This document shows, piece after piece, positions 6,603 through 15,789 of a stretch of 34,411 bases of DNA. Location of the stretch: positions 1 through 34,411 of the IMG/VR virus record IMGVR_UViG_3300031519_003546; one strand, given 5' to 3'. The notes below the pieces were generated by a model that saw nothing but the letters and a program-made list of their open reading frames with translations, ran no database searches and was not told the DNA's origin. Numbering within the stretch: position 1 is the first letter of the stretch; the number at the start of each line of letters is the position of its first letter. Made by a program: the position numbers and the translations under genes. This DNA comes from a virus. Taxonomy: Duplodnaviria; Caudoviricetes.

Positions 6603-6977
6603 ATGGATTTAAAAAGAGATTTAGTCAAGTACGTACGAGACAAAGCGAAATCAGGTTATCAAAAAGATACCCAGTGCTTTATCTGTGGAGAAACAGACAA
6701 CTTAGAGTTTCACCACTTCTACGGAATGACTGAGCTACTATACACTTGGATGAAGAGTAACAAAATTACGATTACCTCAGCCGATGAAATTATGAATCTT
6801 CGAGAACAGTTCATTGAAGAACATCTTATCGAAGTATACGAAGAAGCAGCTACACTATGTAAAACTCATCACTTAAGACTACATAGTATTTACGGCAAAA
6901 GGCCAAAGCTGTCAACAGCAACAAAACAAAAACGATGGGTGGAGATACAGAGAGACAAATATGGCATGGTACGATAG
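6603..6977 (+). CDS. HNH-type (T5 nicking-like / packaging-associated) endonuclease
   Basis: CFICG...LEFHH and TLCKTHHLRLHSIYGK; lies between terL and portal as in T5. Confidence 0.82.
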   Translation: MDLKRDLVKYVRDKAKSGYQKDTQCFICGETDNLEFHHFYGMTELLYTWMKSNKITITSADEIMNLREQFIEEHLIEVYEEAATLCKTHHLRLHSIYGKRPKLSTATKQKRWVEIQRDKYGMVR

Positions 6978-8184
6978 ATTCTTAGGAGTAGATAGAGAGG
7001 AGAAGTTAAATTCTGCTCAACCTTATATTGCCTACGACGAAGGACTGTCGATAGATACTCGTGAGAAGAAAGATAATTATCGCTCAGCTTATGAAGAACT
7101 AGAGGTAGTGAATAGAGCAGTTAACATGATTGTTGACGATAGTGCTGATATTCCTTTTGATATTGGAGAAAAAATACAAGGTATTACTCCAATAGTACAA
7201 AATATTCGTAGAACAAAAGTAGATTTACTACTAAACAAAGAGCCAAACCCTTTTCAGGATATCAATAGTTTTAAGAGAAATCTAATTATTGACTTACTGA
7301 TAGATGGTAACATCTTCATTTATTTTGACGGTGCCCATCTCTATCATTTACCTGCTAACAAAGTTACCATAGAAGCTGACACTCAGACCTATGTGAGCAA
7401 GTATGTATTTGATGGTCATATAGACTACACCCCGAAAGAAATTATACATATTAAAGAAAACTCATTTCATTCAATCTATAGGGGTGTACCTAGACTTAAA
7501 TCAGCTTACAGAACAATGTATCTGTTAGATAGCATGAGAAAATTTCAGGATAACTTCTTCAAGAATGGAGCAGTTCCAGGATTAGTACTAAAGAGTCCTA
7601 ACACACTTTCTGATAGAATTAAAGAAAGAATGTTAACAGCATGGGCACAAAGATACAATCCAAAAAATGGTGGTAGAAGACCACTTATACTAGATGGCGG
7701 ATTAGAAGTAGATAGTTTAACTAAAGTAAACTTTAAAGAACTAGACTTCCAGCCGTCAATAGCCGCTAATGAGAAAGTAATATTAGAAGCTATGGGTGTA
7801 CCCCCAATTCTTATGGATGGTGGTAATAATGCAAATATTAGACCTAATCACAGATTGTACTATTTAGAAACTGTACTACCTATAGTTAGAAAACTAAATC
7901 ATGCGCTAGAAAGATACTTCGGCTTTAAGATTACAGAAGATGTGCATGGCGTTCCAGCTTTACAGCCAGAACTAAGAGACCAAGCAGCCTACTACGCAAC
8001 ACTAGTTAATACAGGTATAATGACACCTAACGAAGTCAGGGAAGCAATGAACATGGAATCAATTGATGGACATGACGACTTGAGAATCCCAGCAAACATA
8101 GCGGGCAGCGCAGCTGACCCAAGCGAAGGTGGCAGACCACCTGAAGAAACAGAGGAAAACAATGAACAAACCAGCGATTCTTAA
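6961..8184 (+). CDS. Portal protein (HK97/T5 type)
   Basis: LLNKEPNPFQ, LLIDGNIF, EIIHIK, FFKNGAVPGLVL and GIMTPNEVREAMN. Confidence 0.95.
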   Translation: MAWYDRFLGVDREEKLNSAQPYIAYDEGLSIDTREKKDNYRSAYEELEVVNRAVNMIVDDSADIPFDIGEKIQGITPIVQNIRRTKVDLLLNKEPNPFQDINSFKRNLIIDLLIDGNIFIYFDGAHLYHLPANKVTIEADTQTYVSKYVFDGHIDYTPKEIIHIKENSFHSIYRGVPRLKSAYRTMYLLDSMRKFQDNFFKNGAVPGLVLKSPNTLSDRIKERMLTAWAQRYNPKNGGRRPLILDGGLEVDSLTKVNFKELDFQPSIAANEKVILEAMGVPPILMDGGNNANIRPNHRLYYLETVLPIVRKLNHALERYFGFKITEDVHGVPALQPELRDQAAYYATLVNTGIMTPNEVREAMNMESIDGHDDLRIPANIAGSAADPSEGGRPPEETEENNEQTSDS

Positions 8185-8425
8185 AACTCTAATTGATTAC
8201 TTTCTTGATAAAGGAAAGATACTTTCAGTAGATGAATATAAAGCAACATCAGACGCTCCAATGCGTTTTATGGTTGCAAAAAGAGCATTTGGCTCATGGG
8301 CAAGAATGACACAGATGGCAGAACAGAAAATGAGAGTAGATAATACTCCTATGCCTGCTCCAACACCTGACCCAAAACCAAAAGCAAAGCCAGCTCCTAA
8401 AAAGGTAGCTGTAAAAGGTAAGTAG
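8162..8425 (+). CDS. Hypothetical protein with FGSW motif and Pro/Lys/Ala-rich tail (87 aa)
   Basis: The ATG at 8162 follows GAGG and is preferred over 8129; lies between portal and protease. Confidence 0.75.
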   Translation: MNKPAILKTLIDYFLDKGKILSVDEYKATSDAPMRFMVAKRAFGSWARMTQMAEQKMRVDNTPMPAPTPDPKPKAKPAPKKVAVKGK

Positions 8426-8426
8426 T

Positions 8427-10472
8427 ATGTCAGAAAAAATCTTTCATTGGTCATCTACTTTCAAAACACTAGGCGAAGATGATGATGGTAGCGTAAACAT
8501 AAAAGGTTATGCTAGCACTAACGCATCAGATAGAGCTGGTGATGTAATTGACCACGAAGCATGGACTAAAAATGGGGGATTGGAAAACTTTAAAGGTAAT
8601 CCAATAATTCTTTTTAACCATGATTATAACAAACCGATTGGTCGTGCAACTTCACTAGAAGTTAACGAAAATGGCCTCGAGCTTGGAGCTAGAATCTCTA
8701 AGTCTGCAGGCGATGTAAAAGAATTAATCAAAGATGGCGTACTTGGAGCATTTTCCGTGGGTTTCCGAGTCAAGGACGCTGATTATATAAAGGAAACTGA
8801 CGGATTTATGATAAAGGATGCTGAACTATTTGAAGTGTCTGTTGTGAGTGTACCTTGCAACCAGGCCGCAATGTTCTCGATTGCAAAATCATTCGATTCT
8901 CAATCAGAATATGATGAATGGAAAGCAGAATTTTCGAAAGAAGAAAAACAGGCTCATGAGATGGAAGCAGTAAATACTGACGAAATTGATGCGCCACAAG
9001 CCGTGGGTAAAACCACTCAACAGGAGAGACATATGTCTACAGAAAAAACTACTCCAAATGCTGAGTTTGACTTAAAGGCATTCGCGGAAGAGGTGGCAAA
9101 ATCAACTGCTGCTAAAATCGCAATGCAACAAGCAGAACAGAAAGCAAAAGAAGTAAGCGAAGCTGAAGAAAAAGCTGTGAAACTGGAAACAGAAGTAACA
9201 GAAAAAGAAGCTGAGCAAGAAAAAGTTAAAACAATAGTAACTGCCGGACTTTCAGGAGCTGAGAAGCTCGTAAACGAAGTTGAAAAACGCGTTTCAGAAA
9301 GACAAGGTGATTTAGAATCTGTTGTTAATGAACTACAAAAAGACCTATCAGAAAAGAAAGATGAGATTAACGCTATGCGTGAGTCAAAAAGAAACTTCTC
9401 TGACAGAGGCGACAGCAACTGGCAGAAAGCCTTCCAAAGCGACATTGATGACGCTTGGGTAATGGGACTTGCTACAGGAAAAGGCTGGAATACTAATATG
9501 GCTTCAGATGTCATGCAGAAAGTTAACGCGCATTCAGGCGTTGGCGTTTCATCAGCTGACTTTGAGCAAACAGTATCAACAAATATCGAAAGAGATATTC
9601 AGTTAGAGCTAGTACTAGCACCGTTATTTAGAGAAATCCAAATGACTTCAGCTACTCAGATTCTACCTATCTTACCAGACGCTGGTTACGCTGAATTTAC
9701 AGCTAACCAAGTAGCATCTGGGTCTTCACCTCATGGAAACTTAGAGGAAAGAGGAGACACAGTTGATGGTACATACTCTGGTATAGATATGACTGAAAGA
9801 ACACTTTCAACCAAAAAACTTATTTCACAATCTTACTTAGGTAATGAGACTGAAGAAGATGCAATCCTACCGATTCTTCCTTTAATTAGAGAGTCAATCA
9901 TTAGGTCTCATGCAAGAGGCATTGAAAATGCACTACTTTTAGGTAATCACGCTGATGGTGTTTACGGTACAAGTGGAGCAGCTTTTGAAGGACTAGTCAC
10001 AATGGCTGGTGCTAACAAAACTCAATCAGCTACTGCATTCGCATCTGAGTCTTTAACAGCTTCAATGTTGTTAAATGCTAGAAAGAATATGGGCAAATGG
10101 GGTATGAATCCTAGAGATGTTATTTACATCGTGAATTCAACTGAATACTTCAACCTATTATCAGACGCAGAGTTCCAAGATGTTAACTTAGTTGGCAACA
10201 TGGCAACAAAACTGAATGGTGAAATCGGAGAAGTCTTCGGCTCAAAAGTAATCGTATGTGACGAGTTTAAAACTCCAGCTGTAAGCAAATTCTTTGCTTT
10301 AGCTGTCAACGCGAAAAACTTTGTAATGCCTAGATTAAGAGGTGTTACTATCGAGTCTGACTACGAAGTAGCAAACCAAAGAAGAGTATTAGTCGCTTCG
10401 CAAAGACTAGGTTTTACCGACCTTATCGATGCTTCAACAGCGTGTCATACACTTCAGTATAAAGCTAGTTAA
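8427..10472 (+). CDS. Prohead protease (HK97-type) fused to scaffold (delta) domain and major capsid protein
   Basis: N-terminal IKGYAST..DRAGD, LFNHD..PIG, FSVGF and LFEVSVVSVPCNQ; central coiled coil; C-terminal HK97-fold capsid resembling T5 pb8. No stop codon between the parts. Confidence 0.93.
   Translation: MSEKIFHWSSTFKTLGEDDDGSVNIKGYASTNASDRAGDVIDHEAWTKNGGLENFKGNPIILFNHDYNKPIGRATSLEVNENGLELGARISKSAGDVKELIKDGVLGAFSVGFRVKDADYIKETDGFMIKDAELFEVSVVSVPCNQAAMFSIAKSFDSQSEYDEWKAEFSKEEKQAHEMEAVNTDEIDAPQAVGKTTQQERHMSTEKTTPNAEFDLKAFAEEVAKSTAAKIAMQQAEQKAKEVSEAEEKAVKLETEVTEKEAEQEKVKTIVTAGLSGAEKLVNEVEKRVSERQGDLESVVNELQKDLSEKKDEINAMRESKRNFSDRGDSNWQKAFQSDIDDAWVMGLATGKGWNTNMASDVMQKVNAHSGVGVSSADFEQTVSTNIERDIQLELVLAPLFREIQMTSATQILPILPDAGYAEFTANQVASGSSPHGNLEERGDTVDGTYSGIDMTERTLSTKKLISQSYLGNETEEDAILPILPLIRESIIRSHARGIENALLLGNHADGVYGTSGAAFEGLVTMAGANKTQSATAFASESLTASMLLNARKNMGKWGMNPRDVIYIVNSTEYFNLLSDAEFQDVNLVGNMATKLNGEIGEVFGSKVIVCDEFKTPAVSKFFALAVNAKNFVMPRLRGVTIESDYEVANQRRVLVASQRLGFTDLIDASTACHTLQYKAS
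9022..9035 (+). promoter_or_regulatory. Internal RBS and in-frame ATG for stand-alone major capsid precursor (9033..10472, 479 aa)
   Basis: AGGAG at 9022-9026, 6-nt spacing, ATG at 9033 in frame (codon 203) at the protease/scaffold boundary. Confidence 0.75.
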
Positions 10473-10489
10473 TTAGTTTTAGAAATCCC

Positions 10490-10518
10490 GTGGTGGGGGC
10501 AACTCCACCACACTTTTT
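10490..10518 (+). terminator. Rho-independent terminator after the capsid gene
   Basis: Stem GTGGTGGGG / CTCCACCAC with one G-U pair, GCAA tetraloop, followed by ACTTTTT. Confidence 0.8.
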
Positions 10519-10530
10519 ATAGGAAAATAT

Positions 10531-11142
10531 ATGGCAGATTTAGTTACATTACAACAATACAAAGATTTTGCAGGACTAAAAAGTCTAGAGCATGACGCAC
10601 GTATAAATGTAGTAATCGACAGTGTTTCCCAACTCGTCAAAAGTTATTGTGGTACTAGTCTTGTAGACTACGCTAGCACTAACAAAGTAGAGTATAAAAC
10701 AATTAAAGATTCACTAGTAAAAACTATAATATTAGATGAATCTCCTTTGATAGAGGTAGTATCTGTACAAGAAAGAACAACTCAATCAGACGCATATGTT
10801 ACACTAATCACAGAAAATTCTGATAATAGTGGTAAATATGAGTACATAGTAGAGGATGAATCTGACAGCATAGTAAGAACAAATAGCACAGGTGAGATAT
10901 CTTGGGCAAGAGGTCCAAAATCAATAAAGATTACATATAAAGCAGGGTATACAACTACTCCTCATGATTTAAGATTAGCAGTATATGATTTGATTAAGTA
11001 CTACATGAAGGACGAAAGAAAAGAAAGAATGTCTATATCAGGAGCAAGTGTAGAAAATGCACTATCTTCAAGCCTAAGTGGCAATATAGGATTCCCAGAC
11101 CATATCAAAAGAATATTGGATATGTATAAAGTATATAGCTAG
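10531..11142 (+). CDS. Head completion / head-tail connector protein (T5 p144-like)
   Basis: LVTLQQYK, VSQLVKSYCG, ITYKAGY...P.DLRLAV and FPDHIKRILDMYK; position after the capsid gene. Confidence 0.85.
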   Translation: MADLVTLQQYKDFAGLKSLEHDARINVVIDSVSQLVKSYCGTSLVDYASTNKVEYKTIKDSLVKTIILDESPLIEVVSVQERTTQSDAYVTLITENSDNSGKYEYIVEDESDSIVRTNSTGEISWARGPKSIKITYKAGYTTTPHDLRLAVYDLIKYYMKDERKERMSISGASVENALSSSLSGNIGFPDHIKRILDMYKVYS

Positions 11143-12626
11143 TGGCAGCTAATAATCTTTTAAAAAGAATACAAAAACTACGAGATAGTATAAAAAACTC
11201 TGATGTAGTTAGAAATGACATAAACAAAGAGACAACTAGGTGTACAGTTAGTGCTCCAGAAATAACGGATACTTTAATAGAAGCTTTTAGACATTATAAT
11301 CCTAAAAAAATAAAAGCTGATAATAATGGTTCTTTATTAAAAGAAAAAAGAAAAGTATTCTATCATTTTTCAATGGTAGTAGTAAGTGCTTGGAAAAAAA
11401 ATATTAGAAGTAATCCTAAGTTAGTAGTTGCAGAAGGAAATTCAGCAAAAAATGTAGCTCAATTTTATATAACTGTTGGAAATGCTGAAAAGTATTTTAA
11501 TGTAACAAATAAATCCATTACAGAAAATGTAATGAATAAACCTACCTTTAGAAAACACTTTTCAATAAGAAATCAAGAAAAGTTTACTTCAACAGGCGAC
11601 GTAGCTTCTGCAAAAAAAGAGCCTGGTATGAAAGGAAGCTTACAGGCCTTTCAAATGGCTCATGGAGAGGGACATTCAGTATTTGAAGCAAGACAATCCG
11701 CAGTAGAGCAAGAACTAGAAGCTGCTTTAGCAATGGAAAATCTACCTAGTAGTGCTAGTGAAATAGTATCTACTTCTAAAGATAATTTTGATAACAACAT
11801 AAAAATAGGAGGAGATAGAAACTTTAAGTACGACCCTAAAACAGGTAAAATTTCTTCTAAAGAAACAATAACTGTAGATTTATCAGTTCAGACAAGAAGA
11901 AAGAACATAAAAGATGCTGCACCTTCAATGAAAGCAGGAAAGCCTCTTAATAAACTGCTAAAAGACTTAGAAGAAGATTTAAAAAATGAGATAGAAAAAC
12001 AAGGTAACTCTTGGGGACCAGAAGCAAAAGGTTCCAATAGTGTAAAAGAAGGAGTCGCAGACGCAATAATTAATAGCACTATAAAGAAAAAGATGTATGC
12101 CAGTAAAAAAGGCAAAAACCTTACTAGGTATAAAACCCCTGTAAGAGCAAGTACAGTAACAGAACAGGCAGCTACTTTTACTACACAAACAAAAATTAAA
12201 GATTTAAAAGGAGGAGGACCTGCTAGAGGCATGAAAGCTTCTGGGGGACAAACACCAAATAACTCCGAAAGAGGAAAAGGTGTATCTCCTGAAACTTTTG
12301 CTACTAACATGGCAAAAGTATTAACAATAAAAAGAGCAATTAATAAAAGATTGCCCGCAGAAATTAGAAGAAATATGGGGAAACCTGCGCTAACTAATAG
12401 AACTAGTAGATTTAGTAATTCGGCAATAATAGAAGAAATGACCCCCGCAGCAAAAACATTAATGGTAAAGTATACCTATAGATTAAACCCCTATGAAACT
12501 TTTGAAAATACAGGTAAAAAAAGGTGGCCTTCAGGGTATAATCCAAAACCTCTAATTTCAAAAAGTATTAGAGGATTAGCACTATCAATGTTTAAAATAA
12601 CAAATTTAACTACTAGGAGAGTTTAA
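11142..12626 (+). CDS. Tail completion protein (T5 p143 position), N-terminally extended and basic
   Basis: Synteny; C-terminal LTNRTSRFSNSA...YTY..NPYETFE...YNPKPLISKSIR pattern; TAGTG coupling. Confidence 0.65.
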   Translation: MAANNLLKRIQKLRDSIKNSDVVRNDINKETTRCTVSAPEITDTLIEAFRHYNPKKIKADNNGSLLKEKRKVFYHFSMVVVSAWKKNIRSNPKLVVAEGNSAKNVAQFYITVGNAEKYFNVTNKSITENVMNKPTFRKHFSIRNQEKFTSTGDVASAKKEPGMKGSLQAFQMAHGEGHSVFEARQSAVEQELEAALAMENLPSSASEIVSTSKDNFDNNIKIGGDRNFKYDPKTGKISSKETITVDLSVQTRRKNIKDAAPSMKAGKPLNKLLKDLEEDLKNEIEKQGNSWGPEAKGSNSVKEGVADAIINSTIKKKMYASKKGKNLTRYKTPVRASTVTEQAATFTTQTKIKDLKGGGPARGMKASGGQTPNNSERGKGVSPETFATNMAKVLTIKRAINKRLPAEIRRNMGKPALTNRTSRFSNSAIIEEMTPAAKTLMVKYTYRLNPYETFENTGKKRWPSGYNPKPLISKSIRGLALSMFKITNLTTRRV

Positions 12627-13078
12627 TGGCTAATACATATAGAACAGCAAGAAGTAAAGTCGTAGAAGCACTAGTAAGTAAACTAAAATTAATTGATGGG
12701 AACACCCCATACAATTCAAACATATTTGAAAACTGCCATAGCGGTATGGTCTTTTTAGATGAAATCCGAGAGTTCCCGAAATTATGCGTGGTAGCTGGAG
12801 ATGAAACTAGAGAGTATCAACCAGGTGGTTTTAAATGGAGATTCTTGACTTTAGACGTAAGAGTTTATGTCGAAAACCAAGAAGACCCGCAGGAAGTCTT
12901 ATCTCTACTGATGGAAGACATCGAAAGAGTAGTAGACGACAATGATATGTTGGTATATGACGATACTGTCAGTCCAGCATTAACAACAACTTCCTTAACT
13001 TTAGGTTCAATGTCAACAGATGAAGGTGTTTTAAAACCACTAGGAATCGGCGAATTGACTCTAACGTGTAGGTATTAA
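12626..13078 (+). CDS. Tail terminator protein (T5 p142-like)
   Basis: Acidic 150-aa protein, FLDEIREFP...GDETREY and STDEGVLKPLGIGE; directly precedes the major tail gene. Confidence 0.8.
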   Translation: MANTYRTARSKVVEALVSKLKLIDGNTPYNSNIFENCHSGMVFLDEIREFPKLCVVAGDETREYQPGGFKWRFLTLDVRVYVENQEDPQEVLSLLMEDIERVVDDNDMLVYDDTVSPALTTTSLTLGSMSTDEGVLKPLGIGELTLTCRY

Positions 13079-13145
13079 AAAGAAATTACTAACGCTGATA
13101 AACATCTAGCGACGTACTTTCAAAGTAAAATAATAGGAGAAAGCA

Positions 13146-14855
13146 ATGGCTTTAAATCTCTCGAGAAATACCAAAGTATTTGTCAGTTCAGTAAACGGGT
13201 GTAATCCCGCTGATGGCGTCAAAGGTGGTATAAAGAATGGAAGAATTACTAATGGAGGAGCAGATTATGCGGTCGGAGACATCATAACTTGCGATACTAC
13301 TAGTGGTACTGGTGAAGATGCCAAATTTATAGTGAAAGCTGTAAACTCAGGCGCGGTCACCAAGGTAGCAATGCCTAACAACTGTAAAGGTAAGAAATTT
13401 GTAGTTGGAGAAACAGCAGCACAGGCTACTAATGCAGTAGTAACTGGTGCAGACCATAGTGTTACATCTTCTGGTGAAGGTTTTATCTTCACAGTAGCAG
13501 CAGTAACATTTGGTACAACAGCAGATGGCGGAAGAATAGGAACTGGATTGTTCAAAGGAAATGAAGTAGATGCAAATACTTTCAGACTTGGTGTACTAGA
13601 TGGATACAGCTTCTCACAGGGAAGTGATTCAACTGACGTAACTATATCTGAAGCAGGTGCTACACCTAACAGGGGTTCAAAAAGATTCAATGACTCTTTA
13701 CCACCTGCAGAATGGTCATTTGGCACATATGTCAGACCGTTTGTACATGGAGCAGCAAGTTACAGAGCAAATGGTACATTTGACTGTGTAGAAAATGTTT
13801 TATGGGCAGCACTATCAGGAACTGGATTACCAAACTCATCAGACACAGCAGGTGCTGGTGTACAAGTAGGTACAAGTGCAGTTACGGGTTCATTATGTAA
13901 GTTTGACCAATCAGACGTTCATGAACTTATGAAACTAAGTATTTATTTCGCACTAGAAAATACAACATACAGGTTAAATCAAGCACAGATTAACCAAGCA
14001 GAAATTGACTTTTCAATTGATGGTATAGCACAGATTTCATGGTCTGGAAATGCTACTACAATTGACCAAGTATCAGAAGTTTCTGAAGACCCTTCAGTAG
14101 CAGTAGAATTTACTACAGCAGCACAAGGAGCAGATTCAGCAGCTATACTAAGCGCAGTTACTTTGAATGCAAATTCAAAAGCATTAACTGACAAAGCAGA
14201 AAACTGTGAAGAGTTTAACTATGTAGATACAACTGGTCCTGCAGATGCAGATTACCTAAGAAATAAACTTTCAAGTTTACACTTAAGTACTCTACTACAG
14301 GGTGGCGGTAAGGCTGACCAAGGTCTTGACGCAAAAGAATATGAAATCAATATTACTGGAGGCTCTTTAACTATAGCCAACAATGTTACTTATGTAACAC
14401 CAGAAACTATTGGTGTTGTGGATAAGCCGATTGGTTCATTCACAGGTGCTAGGGTAGTTAGTGGTTCTTTAACCATGTACCTTGACACAAAAGCTAACGG
14501 CTCAAATGACTTGCTAACTGACTTAGCAGCGTCCACTGACCTTGTATCAAATGCTTTTGATATGAGACTATTTATGGGAGTATCAGGAAGTGTTACTCTA
14601 GTAAATGGAGTCGGTGAGGCAATGGAGGCTGATGACTTTACAGCTCCAGGTGTTGAATTCAACATGCCAAGAGCTCATTTAACTGTACCAACAATTGAAG
14701 TAGGAGACTTAATCTCTGCTTCAGTAGAATTCTCAGCTAATGGTTCAACACTATTAGACGGAGATGAAATGGAAGTTAAATATTTAGGCGCAACTACACA
14801 CAGCCAGGCTGGTTATAAATCTACCGGTTCTCAAGCTGAAGCAGTATTAGCTTAA
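13146..14855 (+). CDS. Major tail tube protein (T5 pb6-like) with inserted domain
   Basis: LSRNTKVFVS, VLDGYSFSQ, RGSKRFNDSLPPAEWSF.TYVRP and FTGARVVSGSLTMYL; strong RBS AGGAG. Confidence 0.9.
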   Translation: MALNLSRNTKVFVSSVNGCNPADGVKGGIKNGRITNGGADYAVGDIITCDTTSGTGEDAKFIVKAVNSGAVTKVAMPNNCKGKKFVVGETAAQATNAVVTGADHSVTSSGEGFIFTVAAVTFGTTADGGRIGTGLFKGNEVDANTFRLGVLDGYSFSQGSDSTDVTISEAGATPNRGSKRFNDSLPPAEWSFGTYVRPFVHGAASYRANGTFDCVENVLWAALSGTGLPNSSDTAGAGVQVGTSAVTGSLCKFDQSDVHELMKLSIYFALENTTYRLNQAQINQAEIDFSIDGIAQISWSGNATTIDQVSEVSEDPSVAVEFTTAAQGADSAAILSAVTLNANSKALTDKAENCEEFNYVDTTGPADADYLRNKLSSLHLSTLLQGGGKADQGLDAKEYEINITGGSLTIANNVTYVTPETIGVVDKPIGSFTGARVVSGSLTMYLDTKANGSNDLLTDLAASTDLVSNAFDMRLFMGVSGSVTLVNGVGEAMEADDFTAPGVEFNMPRAHLTVPTIEVGDLISASVEFSANGSTLLDGDEMEVKYLGATTHSQAGYKSTGSQAEAVLA

Positions 14856-14859
14856 TATA

Positions 14860-15777
14860 ATGTCTCATAGTTTCCTCAAGGAGAGTAAGCTATACATCGT
14901 TTATGGCGGTAACAAGTATAGAATATATACTAATACCGCCATATCGTTTTCTCAAACTGTATCGCAAGATTCGTATCAAGTAAAGACTTTACACAATCAA
15001 GCAAACATGTTCGAGGGAGCAACTATAACATCTGCCAACGCAGTTGATTTTAGTTTTGGAATTCCTTTTACAAAAGAAAAAGACGAAAGTCCAATGATTG
15101 ATTTACTAAGTAACCTTAGCAGCGAACAGCAGTTAACAAGCTTTGATATCTACATTGCAACAGGAAGTCAAGTCTTTAAAATAGATAACGCAGTTATTAC
15201 ATCAGGAGATTTTGCGATTTCGCCTAATTCACAGTTTGTAATATCAGTACAAGGACAAGGAACTAAACTACATAGAGTTGGTAACGAAAGTTATACCATA
15301 CCTGGAAGCCCTCAATCTGAGAGCTCCACAAGAACTCCACTATTGGTTTACCCAGTAGTTTCTATAGATAGTTTAAATATGAATAATATCATATCAACTA
15401 CTTTTAGTGTTCAGAACAATATAACTTGGTCTGAATTCAAAACCTTGCAAAAAAGTCTTAATGTTACTAACGCTAGTAATATTATGCGTCCATCTGAATA
15501 CGTGGTAGAGAAAAGAATTGTTTCGGGAGCAGTTAATCAATACCAAACAGATAATAATATAACACAATTTGATGACTTTAGTACTAGTAGTAATATTACT
15601 ATTAAAGCAGTAGAGGTAGGTAATGCAGCTAATGCAACTCCCTTCCTTCAGATACAGCTAAACCCTGCATCTTTTACTGCTAGAATGTCTGTCGCAGATA
15701 CATACTCACAGAGTTATGACTTTGCTTCATTAGATAATACTAATACAGTTGCTAACATAATCACACAATATTCATAG
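14860..15777 (+). CDS. Minor tail / baseplate tube protein (T5 p140-like)
   Basis: About 300 aa, beta-rich, directly after the tail tube gene; ISFSQT...VKTLH and KRIVSG motifs echo the tube fold. Confidence 0.75.
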   Translation: MSHSFLKESKLYIVYGGNKYRIYTNTAISFSQTVSQDSYQVKTLHNQANMFEGATITSANAVDFSFGIPFTKEKDESPMIDLLSNLSSEQQLTSFDIYIATGSQVFKIDNAVITSGDFAISPNSQFVISVQGQGTKLHRVGNESYTIPGSPQSESSTRTPLLVYPVVSIDSLNMNNIISTTFSVQNNITWSEFKTLQKSLNVTNASNIMRPSEYVVEKRIVSGAVNQYQTDNNITQFDDFSTSSNITIKAVEVGNAANATPFLQIQLNPASFTARMSVADTYSQSYDFASLDNTNTVANIITQYS

Positions 15778-15789
15778 GAGAATATAAAC

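Noticed and set aside
6603-6977. HNH gene as a mobile homing endonuclease or intron
   Set aside because: It is short, sits at the conserved T5-like position with its own promoter and RBS, and neither flanking gene is interrupted.
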